DNA of 64,000 bases from Deinococcales bacterium (GCA_043778225.1 JAYWGM010000066.1:16674-80673), one strand, 5' to 3'; positions 39,155-48,847 are shown, numbered from the stretch's first letter. Numbers and translations: made by a program. Notes: generated by a model from the sequence alone, not told the origin.

Positions 39155-40063
39155 TTAAAGCACAGCCCGATTTTTTAAGAGCGCATCGACATCCGATTCA
39201 AACGGCAAACTTGGTTGTGCGCCAATGCGGGTACACGCCAATGCGCCGGCTGCCACGCCACGCCGCACAGCTTCTTCAAGTGAGGCATCCTCGGCGAGGG
39301 CGGCGGCAACCGCGCCGATAAAGGCATCTCCGGCGGCGGTGCTGTCCACGACTTTGATGGGGAAACTTGGGATGTGTCCTTGTTCGGAACTGTTGGCATA
39401 GACCGCACCACTTGCACCAAGGGTGATAATTGCTTCTGGCACAAGCTCGCGCAGAGCTTGCACTTCAAGCAGGGCTTCTTTGATGTTTTGTGGCGCTCGC
39501 CCCAGCAGCACACCAGCTTCGGTTTCGTTCATGACCAGCGTCGTGACATCGCGCAATTGCTTTGGCTCGAGGGCTTGTGATGGCGCAAGATTTAAGACCA
39601 CCCGAGCGCCCGCCAACCGCCCAAGTTTAGCGGCGGCTAAGGTAGTTTCTAAAGGAATCTCGAGTTGTAAAAGTAGTAATTTTGCGCCAGTCAGACTAGC
39701 AGCCCGTAAATCTGACGGGCGCAACTTGCCATTTGCACCCGGCGAAACCACAATCGTATTCTGTCCTTGGCGGTTTAAGGTGATAAATGCCGAGCCACTC
39801 GCGCCTTCCGTTTGCTGTAAGCCCGAAACATCAATGCCCTCGCGCTCGAGGTTGCCTTGCAAGATATTGCCAGCCATATCCGAACCGATACAGCCAACCA
39901 TCCGCACATTTGCGCCAGCCCGAGCCGCCGCCACGGCTTGGTTTGCACCTTTGCCGCCCGAATGTAACTCAAGGTCTGAACCCAGAATGGTTTGCCCAGG
40001 CTTAGGATGTTGGGCAACTCGAGTCACATAGTCTAAGTTGAGGCTTCCGATGACGACAATCAT
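39155..40063 (-). CDS. rbsK: Ribokinase
   Basis: GSLNLD, GGKGANQAVAAA, NETE, DSTAAGDAFIG. Confidence 0.92.
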   Translation of the reverse strand: MIVVIGSLNLDYVTRVAQHPKPGQTILGSDLELHSGGKGANQAVAAARAGANVRMVGCIGSDMAGNILQGNLEREGIDVSGLQQTEGASGSAFITLNRQGQNTIVVSPGANGKLRPSDLRAASLTGAKLLLLQLEIPLETTLAAAKLGRLAGARVVLNLAPSQALEPKQLRDVTTLVMNETEAGVLLGRAPQNIKEALLEVQALRELVPEAIITLGASGAVYANSSEQGHIPSFPIKVVDSTAAGDAFIGAVAAALAEDASLEEAVRRGVAAGALACTRIGAQPSLPFESDVDALLKNRAVL

Positions 40064-40129
40064 AAGGCAGTATATCCGAGCCAAGGCTCGAGCCGCAAAG
40101 AACACAGATTTTTGTGTAAGCTAAGACCA

Positions 40130-41746
40130 ATGAAAACCCTTGTCAGTGTTGCCGAAGCCCAAGCCCATTTAGAAAAATTGCTCGAGCGAGCCGCCAACGG
40201 CGAAGAAATCGTGATTGTCGAAAACGGCATCGAGGTTGGGGCATTGGTCTCAAGCCATTCAGCCGTCAATCCAGTCTCGAGCATCAAGCCAGCCTCGAGT
40301 CCAGTCAGCCCTGTTAAACCAATTCCAGCCGCCAAGCCGATTCACAGCCCCAGCCGCAAAGGGTTTTCGGTCGAAAGTTATGGCGCAGCCCGCACAGTCA
40401 CAGGTTCTAACCACTGGCTGCGAATGGGCGGACAAAACATCATGCTCGATTGTGGGCAGTTTCAGGGTTCTCGAGCCTTGGATGCGATTAACGACCAAGA
40501 CTGGGCGTATAAAATTGGCGAAATCGATGGCTTTTTCTTGTCCCATGCTCATTTAGACCATGCTGGGCGCTTACCAAAATTGGTGCGCGATGGTTACAGC
40601 AAACCAATTTATGCCACCCCCAGCACTCGAGAAATTGTTGAGCATTTGCTCTTGGATTCTGCCAAAATTCAAAAAGAAGATTTTGAGCGCGACCAACGCA
40701 AAAAACGCACGAACATCATGCCGCCACTTTTTAACGAAGCCGATGTCCAAAAAACCTTGACATTGTTTGAGAGCATCGAATACAACAAGCCACTCGAGTA
40801 CAACGGGCTGCGGGTCACGGCTCAGGTGGCTGGACATATCCCCGGCAGCGCCAGTTTGTTGTTTGAAAGCTCCGAAGGACGCTTTGTCTTTAGTGGCGAC
40901 CTCGGCAATTCCCGTAAAGACATTCTGCCAGACCCTGTACCCTGCCCCGATGCCGATATAGTGCTGATGGAAAGCACGTACGGCGACCGCGACCATAAGC
41001 CATTTGAGCAAACACTCGAGGAATTTGCGGGCATCCTCAAAAATGCAATTGAGAGTGGTGGCAAAGTCTTAATTCCAAGTTTTGCGCTCGAGCGCACCCA
41101 AGATTTGCTCTATCACATTGCCCGTCTCGAGGAAGAAGGGCGGATTCCAGTCTTGCCTGTCTTTGTGGACAGCCCACTTGCCAGCCGAATCGAAGAAGTG
41201 TACGCGGCGGCTCGATACGAATTTGAACCGAGTGTGCAAAAATTTTACACCGAAAATCGCAATCCATTTGAACCCAAAAACTTTAGGTACACCGCCAGCA
41301 CCGATGAAAGTAAAGCCCTCAATGCCTTGCCCGGCGCAGCCATCATTATTGCTGGGGCTGGAATGCTGACGGGTGGGCGAATCTTGCATCACCTTCGCAA
41401 TCACCTGAGCGATAAAAACACCAGTCTGGTGATTGTCGGTTATCAGCCCCAAGGTGGACTGGGCAGATTGCTGATTGACGGCGCAGACAGCATCAATTTA
41501 TTTGGTGAGCCAGTCGCGGTCAAGGCTCGAGTGCTGACGGTTGGTGGCTTTTCGGCACACGCTGACCAGACCGAATTATTAAATTGGAGCAAGGGTGTAT
41601 CGGGCGAAATTCGATTGGTTCACGGCGAAATTAAAAGTATGGAAGTGCTGCAACAAAAACTGATTGCTCGAGGACAACAGTGCAGTCTGCAACCCGCCAT
41701 GATTCCAGTCCCTGGCGATACTGGCAAGGGCGGCGAACCCGAGTAA
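40130..41746 (+). CDS. Beta-CASP metallo-beta-lactamase ribonuclease with N-terminal Phd/YefM-like domain
   Basis: GAA.TVTGS, SHAHLDH, GHIPGS, SGDLG, ESTYG, FSAHAD, VHGE; N-terminus VSVAEAQAHLEKLLERAANGEEIVI. Confidence 0.9.
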   Translation: MKTLVSVAEAQAHLEKLLERAANGEEIVIVENGIEVGALVSSHSAVNPVSSIKPASSPVSPVKPIPAAKPIHSPSRKGFSVESYGAARTVTGSNHWLRMGGQNIMLDCGQFQGSRALDAINDQDWAYKIGEIDGFFLSHAHLDHAGRLPKLVRDGYSKPIYATPSTREIVEHLLLDSAKIQKEDFERDQRKKRTNIMPPLFNEADVQKTLTLFESIEYNKPLEYNGLRVTAQVAGHIPGSASLLFESSEGRFVFSGDLGNSRKDILPDPVPCPDADIVLMESTYGDRDHKPFEQTLEEFAGILKNAIESGGKVLIPSFALERTQDLLYHIARLEEEGRIPVLPVFVDSPLASRIEEVYAAARYEFEPSVQKFYTENRNPFEPKNFRYTASTDESKALNALPGAAIIIAGAGMLTGGRILHHLRNHLSDKNTSLVIVGYQPQGGLGRLLIDGADSINLFGEPVAVKARVLTVGGFSAHADQTELLNWSKGVSGEIRLVHGEIKSMEVLQQKLIARGQQCSLQPAMIPVPGDTGKGGEPE

Positions 41747-41751
41747 GCTGC

Positions 41752-42678
41752 ATGATTCAGTTCTATGCTTGCCCCAACAATCAACTCGAGCGAATCCTGC
41801 TGCCCGAAAACGGCTGTTGGATAGATGTGGTGCGCCCCGACAGCCCCGAGCGTCAGGCACTACACCAAGAATATGCCGTGCCACGTGATTTTATTGCTTA
41901 TGCGCTTGACCCAGACGAACGTCCACGCTTGGAACGCGAAGCCGATTGCACGATGCTGGTCTTACAAGTTTCGCACTGGCTAGGACATGACTCTTTAACC
42001 CCTTACGATACTGTACCGCTTGGGGTGATGCTGACCCCAAACCAGATTATTACCGTCTGCGCCCACCGCCATACGGTGCTGCTCGACTTAAAACGCGGTA
42101 AATTCAAAATCAGCAGCACCACCGACCAAGCCAGATTTTTATTGCAAGTTCTCTGGCGCACTGCCCAGCGTTTTTTGCTCGATTTACGCGCCATAGAACG
42201 CCGCTTAGAATCGCTCGAGCAACGGCTTTCCAAAAGCACCAAAAATAAAGAATTGCTCGAGTTAATGCGCTTAGAAAAAAGTTTGGTCTATTTTAAGACC
42301 GCGCTGCGCTCGAATATCTCGTTGCTCGAGCGCCTAAAAAACGAAGAGGCACTGATTGGTACACACGCTGCCATGCTCGAGGATGTGCTAATAGAAACTT
42401 CTCAAGCCCTCGAGATGACCGATATTGCCCTATCTATTCTTGGCACAACCACCAGTGCTTTTGCTGCTGTGATTGGCAACAACCTCAACGAAGTGGTGCG
42501 GATGCTGACGATTGTGACGGTCATGGTTGCCTTGCCAACTTGGATTACCGGTGTCTTTGGAATGAATGTGCCTCTGCCATGGCAAAACGAACCGTGGAGC
42601 TTTGCTGCTGTGATGCTGCTCTGTGTGGTGGCGGTTGTGGGCTTACTGACGCTCTTAAAAAATCGTGGCTGGCTCTAA
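41752..42678 (+). CDS. corA: CorA-family Mg2+ transporter
   Basis: ALDPDERPRLE, NNLN.V...LT, GMN motif between two C-terminal TMs. Confidence 0.92.
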   Translation: MIQFYACPNNQLERILLPENGCWIDVVRPDSPERQALHQEYAVPRDFIAYALDPDERPRLEREADCTMLVLQVSHWLGHDSLTPYDTVPLGVMLTPNQIITVCAHRHTVLLDLKRGKFKISSTTDQARFLLQVLWRTAQRFLLDLRAIERRLESLEQRLSKSTKNKELLELMRLEKSLVYFKTALRSNISLLERLKNEEALIGTHAAMLEDVLIETSQALEMTDIALSILGTTTSAFAAVIGNNLNEVVRMLTIVTVMVALPTWITGVFGMNVPLPWQNEPWSFAAVMLLCVVAVVGLLTLLKNRGWL

Positions 42679-42684
42679 TCCACT

Positions 42685-42974
42685 AATACCCTAACCGGCG
42701 AGCAAGACATCAGCACTGAACCCGCTTAAAGCCTGTTTTTACTGGCGTGTCAGTAAAGACACCATGAACTTCGAGCCTCGCCGACAGCACCCCGCTCGAG
42801 CCTCTTAAAGCCCTGATGACTAAACGCGGTACAACCCAGTACAAACTACAAAAAGCAGGTGTGGCAAAACAATCGGTTATCTCTCGAGTGTTAAGTGGGG
42901 AACGACAAATTTCTGGGGAATTAACTAAAAGCCTAAGTCAGTTTTTTCAAGTGCCATACAAGATTTTTTTGTAA
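42685..42974 (+). pseudogene. HigA-like Xre/HTH antitoxin remnant
   Basis: Frame ..STPLEPLKALMTKRGTTQYKLQKAGVAKQSVISRVLSGERQISGELTKSLSQFFQVPYKIFL*; the upstream part is interrupted by stops or a frameshift. Confidence 0.7.
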
Positions 42975-43082
42975 GTGTGATTCGAGACTTGCATCAGGCT
43001 AGGGTAAAACCACGACAGAATTTAGAATCTTTGTGGATTAGTATACTAACGTTCCATTTTTTAGTTTTGGTATTCTACTAAT

Positions 43083-43496
43083 TCAATTCAGCCGTTGAAT
43101 CACACCACTTAATTCTCCATTCGGGTAACTAGTGGTTTTAATAAGCACTTTGGTCAATCCATTATTTACGTTATTGATGTCATCATTGGTTGCTGGACCT
43201 TCGCAAATGCCAGCAAACCGCCCACTTGCTACAGTATCTGGATATATGTCCATAATGCAGGTTCTAGTCGGCGAGCTTACAATTATAGAAGTAGGTGGGC
43301 TTGTCAAGGTCGAATAACTACCATTAACCGAAAGCCTTGCATTATTATCTTGTGAGGAAGCATCCATCTGACCAATTCCTGATGTAATGACACCTAAGAC
43401 TGGCATTAAAGAGGCTTTGAAGGAATACGTGTTATTAACAATACAACTTGTAAAAGCAAATCCAAAAAAAGCGAAAAGCAACTTATTCATATTCAT
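43083..43496 (-). CDS. Lipoprotein with degenerate CHRD-like domain
   Basis: Lipobox FTSC; FKASL...SG.G, GSYSTLTSPPT, G..KV.IKT..YPNGELSG.I. Confidence 0.7.
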   Translation of the reverse strand: MNMNKLLFAFFGFAFTSCIVNNTYSFKASLMPVLGVITSGIGQMDASSQDNNARLSVNGSYSTLTSPPTSIIVSSPTRTCIMDIYPDTVASGRFAGICEGPATNDDINNVNNGLTKVLIKTTSYPNGELSGVIQRLN

Positions 43497-43505
43497 GGCA
43501 AACTC

Positions 43506-44024
43506 CTAGTTGATGCTTACAGCGAATGATTTATCTTTGATTAACTTATACTCATTAGTAGTATTTGGAACTTTCGTAAAGCCTAGTATGTACAAATAAA
43601 GTCCTATTTGTGCAGAAGCCAGTTTTCTTACAGCCTGTATTCTGAATTTTAATTCAGCATTTCTGCTGTTTAACGCGATTGGTTCAATTAATTTTGGTGA
43701 TACCTGTAAGATTCCATTAACTTCAATAGATAACGAATCACTTTCAGGGATCTGTAAAATCTCTGAAACCGAATTTATCCTTGCACAATTGCAGGTATAG
43801 ATTAGAAATTTAGGTATTTCTGAAATCAAATCTGTTTTTGTGGTCACTTTGGCAACAAAACTCCTATCTCCCATAAGGGGAAAAAATAAAGCGTCATTTG
43901 ACCTTAATTGCCCATTTTCATAGACACCCATTTCAGTCGCTGCTATTTCAAAAGGGGGAAACGACGTACAGGATTGCAGCATAAGTCCAAAAAACATCAG
44001 CACTAGCAGACTACTTTTTTTCAC
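43506..44024 (-). CDS. Hypothetical lipoprotein
   Basis: GTG start with AAGGA upstream; lipobox LQSC. Confidence 0.7.
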   Translation of the reverse strand: MKKSSLLVLMFFGLMLQSCTSFPPFEIAATEMGVYENGQLRSNDALFFPLMGDRSFVAKVTTKTDLISEIPKFLIYTCNCARINSVSEILQIPESDSLSIEVNGILQVSPKLIEPIALNSRNAELKFRIQAVRKLASAQIGLYLYILGFTKVPNTTNEYKLIKDKSFAVSIN

Positions 44025-44059
44025 AATCTCACATCCTTCAGGTACTAAAATCTGACTTA

Positions 44060-46111
44060 CTACCTACATTGAAACGTATTCGCAATATCTAGTGAAACTA
44101 AATCAGCGGCAGTCATACCTGTATCTTTTAAGATATTGCAGACTTTTGTATTGTTTTCCATGCTAGAAAGTTTATATTGATATAGGCTGAGTATATTTTT
44201 TGTTATAGTCAAAGGTGAAATGACAGTTGTGTTGGTTGCATGGGGTAGCGCATTATCGCGTATATTCATCCATGCCACCTTTGCTTGGTTTAATTCCTGA
44301 CTGCTAGGTATTAAGGTTTGATAACCTTGGATTGTCCAATCTGCTGCAAATTCCGTAATTAATCTATAGAAGAGTGTTCCTACATAATGCTCATTAGTCA
44401 TGCGAATAAGTGACGGATACGAACATGACGATTGTTGCGTACAATTTCGCAAATCCCAAAATAAACCCATTGGTGGATTGTTTACACTATCTATTCGATT
44501 TGTAGTACGATTAAAATTTTGTACAATCAACATATGTGTTGCTTGCGCCCAACCCTCATTGGTAGCGTACTGGTAGGTATAATTGGAAGGTATATGTTGA
44601 AATCCTGATATAAAACCGTATTGGCAATCCGCAAGCCCTGCTTCGGTATTAATTGTTGAACTACAAAAAGGATTGATAAGTGGAGCAAAATCAGGAACAC
44701 AAGGGACGAAACTAAACATACACCCCCCAAATGTTGTTGATTGATTTTGGGGATTCCTAATAAAGTTACCATACAAATTTGAGGATATTGTTTTGCTGTA
44801 CAATGTATTGTGTCCGAATTCATGAACCATCGGATATAACCCACGCCAGTCTTCAGTCTTTAGAAATACTTGACCTATTGGCGCAAATGTTCCAAGAGCA
44901 TTGATACGGATATTGACTTTGGTTTGTATACCTGTAAAGTCTTCTGCATACTTTAATAAGTTCAGTGTCCAAAGACTTCTTGTTACCTCACCATCATTTG
45001 CCTCAAGATAAATCGTTCGATTTTGTGGCACCTGATCCCAAAAAGTTCCTGTGATTAAACGAGGCGACGAGAGTTGTATTAGTTGTGTCACATGACCAGT
45101 ATCACTTTCTGGGATGACCTCATATTGTGGATCATAATGAGACCAGTCCAAAAAGAAGCCCGTATCGCACGTCGGACGTGCATAAGAGAACTGTCCATTA
45201 TCGTCAAGATAACCTTCTGCAATTAAATTCCGCCAAGCACCATTATTGTCATAAACATACACTCGAGCCTTACGAAGCGGGTATCCACCATAATAATAGG
45301 GATCAACACCTCGGGCATAGTTAGGCACACCAGTGCTTGAATAATCTGAATCAGAAATAGCGCCGCTTGGTGGTGCTGTATAGTTCCGAATTGCAAATCT
45401 GACGGTTTCTATCGGTCCGAGAGTACATCCCCAACCCTGCACTGATAAACGACTGCCATTAACTTGTAGCCGCCCTAGTGAACTTTGATTGATAGGAGCA
45501 GGTTCGTCCAACTGTGCGGGATATATAGGAGTCGCACCTGTATTGAATAGGTACTGTACATCATATTTGTTCTTGGTACTTTGTACTGCATTACTTTGAG
45601 CAATAGGTGAAATGGTCGCTTCCAGTTCTTGATCGCTATTTTTTGATAAACGTGCTTTTTCAAGCTTTCTTGCAAATTCAACTACTGTTGAAAACTGGGT
45701 CACAGAACCTATTTGACTTTGAAGCAAATCGGTACTTATTTTTGGTTTAAACTTTAATTGGACTGAACGAGACCAAGATGAACTGGAGGCATCAACCATA
45801 AGATTTATATGTGTCGCTTGTCGGGGTGTTACCTTAAAATAAACTGTCTGAGTCTCACCTGCCCCAATTGGTACTTTGATTGGATCTGGGGTCTTTAGAT
45901 GACTTCCTCCAGAAACAACTAAATTTACAGACACTTTCGTTGGACTGATAATTATCGCTTCAAATGTTGACTCATATCCTACAACCGAAATACCGATCTG
46001 CTTAACCATTAGAGTAGGCTTTTGTAGAACCCCGATTTGCAACTCTTTTGTAGTACAAGAAACTATACTTCCAAGAAAGAGAGAACCCAGTAGAAGCCAA
46101 AATTTCCTCAT
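44060..46111 (-). CDS. Large lipoprotein, putative gluzincin zinc metallopeptidase
   Basis: Lipobox IVSC; Ig-like N-terminal region; VHEFGH (HExxH) with downstream NEGWA. Confidence 0.7.
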   Translation of the reverse strand: MRKFWLLLGSLFLGSIVSCTTKELQIGVLQKPTLMVKQIGISVVGYESTFEAIIISPTKVSVNLVVSGGSHLKTPDPIKVPIGAGETQTVYFKVTPRQATHINLMVDASSSSWSRSVQLKFKPKISTDLLQSQIGSVTQFSTVVEFARKLEKARLSKNSDQELEATISPIAQSNAVQSTKNKYDVQYLFNTGATPIYPAQLDEPAPINQSSLGRLQVNGSRLSVQGWGCTLGPIETVRFAIRNYTAPPSGAISDSDYSSTGVPNYARGVDPYYYGGYPLRKARVYVYDNNGAWRNLIAEGYLDDNGQFSYARPTCDTGFFLDWSHYDPQYEVIPESDTGHVTQLIQLSSPRLITGTFWDQVPQNRTIYLEANDGEVTRSLWTLNLLKYAEDFTGIQTKVNIRINALGTFAPIGQVFLKTEDWRGLYPMVHEFGHNTLYSKTISSNLYGNFIRNPQNQSTTFGGCMFSFVPCVPDFAPLINPFCSSTINTEAGLADCQYGFISGFQHIPSNYTYQYATNEGWAQATHMLIVQNFNRTTNRIDSVNNPPMGLFWDLRNCTQQSSCSYPSLIRMTNEHYVGTLFYRLITEFAADWTIQGYQTLIPSSQELNQAKVAWMNIRDNALPHATNTTVISPLTITKNILSLYQYKLSSMENNTKVCNILKDTGMTAADLVSLDIANTFQCR

Positions 46112-46257
46112 AACATCCCCCAATTTTCAGCACAGAATAAGCCGCATCAATAGTTCGGAAATTGCCGAATTACGAAACTGAACAACTGGAGCTTATTGTC
46201 TACGATGCCCTAAAGAAATACCATTCTTACTTGCTACCTAGCATTTGCAAGGGGTAG

Positions 46258-46821
46258 TCACTGCCTGTCCAACACATGGTCTTGTCCCCAGAACCAAAGT
46301 GCAAATTGGGTTCGGTTAGCAATAATTGTGCTTGGGCTTGCTGCTCTAGCTTTCTCGAGAACTTCCATCACGGCTTTTCTTGTCGCATCTGGTTCTTTAC
46401 CAACTAGCAAACCAATTTCTTTACTCTCTAAGCCTCGAGCCAATTCTCGAGCAATGGTTAATTCTCGAGGCGTAAATTTAACTTTTGGTTTTGGTACATT
46501 TGAGTACGTTTGGTTGTTTTGAATGATGGCTACAGCTTCAGCAATAGAATCCGCACCGTTGCTGTTAAAAATCATGCCTTCTGGTTTGAAGCCTTCTAGG
46601 CATTGAAGATACGCCGAGCAAGCATTATCGGTAATGACCACGGTGGGTTTTGGTTTGCCGTGTTTCTCGAGGTAACGCAGGGCTGTTCCCATTCGGGCAT
46701 CTATCAGTACGATTATTTCTGAATTTGAACAAATTTTATAACCCAGTGCAGCAATGTATGTCTCGAGTCCCGTTTTGAATTTGGGCATTTCACAAATGAG
46801 TTGCAGACTTGGTTTGTTCAC
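46258..46821 (-). CDS. LuxR/NarL-type regulator with degenerate receiver-like N-domain
   Basis: FTPRELTIARELARGLESKEIG HTH, NRTQFALWFWG; SD GGAGGA before GTG. Confidence 0.8.
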   Translation of the reverse strand: MNKPSLQLICEMPKFKTGLETYIAALGYKICSNSEIIVLIDARMGTALRYLEKHGKPKPTVVITDNACSAYLQCLEGFKPEGMIFNSNGADSIAEAVAIIQNNQTYSNVPKPKVKFTPRELTIARELARGLESKEIGLLVGKEPDATRKAVMEVLEKARAASPSTIIANRTQFALWFWGQDHVLDRQ

Positions 46822-47064
46822 AATTCCTCCCATAAATTTGCAAAAGTATAGCACCCCCCCCTCTATTTTTTTGCAATACGACAGTTTTATACCGTTTAGC
46901 ACAGTAAAAATCAATTTAAAGTATTCAAAAATAATGGCTCGAGAAATCACTTACAACACATCATCTGTGCCTCGAGCTTTGCGCTTCATGGCTTTTCGCC
47001 GCCAGCGCAGGGCAGTATTCACGGCGCTCGAAATTAGAGATTGAGGAAAATTTTATAGGCACAT

Positions 47065-47436
47065 TCACACCGCTATCCGTAAACTGGCGCGTTCGCAAAG
47101 TACCTCGAGAACTTCAAACATACACAGCACTTGGTACTGCCGCACCCGAGCCGATTCAAGCACTGCTGTCTCGAGCCACAGACTGCCCTGAACTTCGTCG
47201 TAGCTGCTGCTTAAATTGCCACGAAAGTCGTCGAGGTGCGTGACCGACCAAACCCGCACCCCACTAAATTCAAAAGAACAAGTTTCTGAACCTGTCCCAC
47301 CTTCGGAAGTGTACTCGAGAAAAAGAGAAGCCTCGAGTTTAAGAATACCCTGCACATACTCGAGACGCTGCAAAACCAAAGCCTCACGCCCACGCAAAAT
47401 GCCATGGCGGGTTTTAATTGGCTGGTAGTGGGGCAT
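47065..47436 (-). CDS. Hypothetical protein
   Basis: 123 aa ORF with host-like CTCGAG content. Confidence 0.6.
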   Translation of the reverse strand: MPHYQPIKTRHGILRGREALVLQRLEYVQGILKLEASLFLEYTSEGGTGSETCSFEFSGVRVWSVTHLDDFRGNLSSSYDEVQGSLWLETAVLESARVRQYQVLCMFEVLEVLCERASLRIAV

Positions 47437-47441
47437 AAGGG

Positions 47442-47516
47442 CTTAGGTTAAAGGGTTAGAGGGTTAAAAGGTTAAAAGTAAAGACCTTTTAACCTTTTCG
47501 CCTTTTCACCTCTCTT
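47442..47516. repeat. Octamer tandem array and its inverted counterpart (long hairpin)
   Basis: GGTTAAAG GGTTAGAG GGTTAAAA GGTTAAAA then ACCTTTTA ACCTTTTC GCCTTTTC ACCTCTCT. Confidence 0.75.
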
Positions 47517-48725
47517 TTACCTGACTTGCAAAGCCAAGCGTTGGGCTTCGAGCAGGGCAGTCTTGGGGTCTAAGCCACCTTTCAGGCTGCGTTCCATTTG
47601 GGCTTCTAAAACATCGCGCCATTTTTGATACTCGAGCAAGTGCGGTGGGTTGTAGGCTTTCTCGAGGGCTTCCATGCTGGCTTTCATGACGGGTTCGTTC
47701 ATAAAATCGCCCAGTGGTTTTATGGCAGAATTGCGGAGTGGCAAGTAATAGGATTCTTTAACAAAGCGCACCACATTTTCGGTGCGGGTCAAAAAAGCCC
47801 AGAATTCAAATGCACCTTTGGTTTCGGCTTCGGGGTTGCCTTTAGGAATAATTAACTGCGATTCACCAGCCAAGGTGCGTCCGGGCATCGGCACTGCACC
47901 AATCTGAAAGGGCAAGACACTTTTGACCAAGGTATACGAACTCGATGGCACAGTGACCATAAAGGCTTTAGTCCGAACCCAGTCTATGACCGCAAAATTG
48001 GCTTCTGAAAAATTGCGGACAATCGCTTGACCACCACGGGTCAGGTCATACATCATTTGCAGGGTTTGCACAGAAGCACTCGAGTCAAAATCGGGCTTAT
48101 TGCCAGCATCCAAGATATTCCCACCACGGCTCGAGACCATACTACCAAAAATCCACGCATCTATAAAAAAGATCGCGCCTTTGCTGGTGCGGTTGGTCAG
48201 GGTTTTGGCGGCTTTGATGTACTCATCCCATGTGCGCGGGGCAGCCAAATTTTTAGCCTTAAAAGCATCGGCATTGTAATAATTGATTAAAGTGCTGGCA
48301 GCCCACGGCAAACCAAAGCGCTTGTTGTTGACTGAGCCATAATCCCAGATGGTGTCGTTAAAATCCTGAACTGTGCCTTTGGGCAGCGTCTCGAGCATCG
48401 GTGTGGCATCGAGCAACTGATTGCCAAGCGCAAGGCGGGTAAAAAAAGCATTGTCTATCTGCACCAGACTGGGTAAATCGCCTTTGGAAGCCAAAGCAGC
48501 TTGGAGTTTAATTTGAATGTCCTTGAAGTCGCCCGGCTCGACCACCTCGACCGCGTATTTGGACTGCGAATTGTTAAATTCCTTAGCAAAGTTTTTGACC
48601 ACTGCCAATGTGCCATCGCCACTGAGGTAATGCCAAAAAACCACCTTAGTTGGTGCGGCGGCTCGAGACGATAAGCCAAGCAGTGCCGCAGCCAGTGCGA
48701 GGGCAGGAAAAACAAGCCATTTCAT
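47517..48725 (-). CDS. Orphan ABC solute-binding protein (UgpB-like family 1)
   Basis: VVFWH, FN.SQ.KY, GLPWAAST....YN.DAFK. Confidence 0.88.
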   Translation of the reverse strand: MKWLVFPALALAAALLGLSSRAAAPTKVVFWHYLSGDGTLAVVKNFAKEFNNSQSKYAVEVVEPGDFKDIQIKLQAALASKGDLPSLVQIDNAFFTRLALGNQLLDATPMLETLPKGTVQDFNDTIWDYGSVNNKRFGLPWAASTLINYYNADAFKAKNLAAPRTWDEYIKAAKTLTNRTSKGAIFFIDAWIFGSMVSSRGGNILDAGNKPDFDSSASVQTLQMMYDLTRGGQAIVRNFSEANFAVIDWVRTKAFMVTVPSSSYTLVKSVLPFQIGAVPMPGRTLAGESQLIIPKGNPEAETKGAFEFWAFLTRTENVVRFVKESYYLPLRNSAIKPLGDFMNEPVMKASMEALEKAYNPPHLLEYQKWRDVLEAQMERSLKGGLDPKTALLEAQRLALQVR

Positions 48726-48847
48726 AGCAAGCAGTCTATCAGGTCTAGCGCATGAGCCTCATGAAAGGATGGTCAATGGGCATTCAGGTATGAATAGATG
48801 TCGCCCTGCTGACCAGCCCTTGACTCGAGCAACGTTAGACTAACCAG

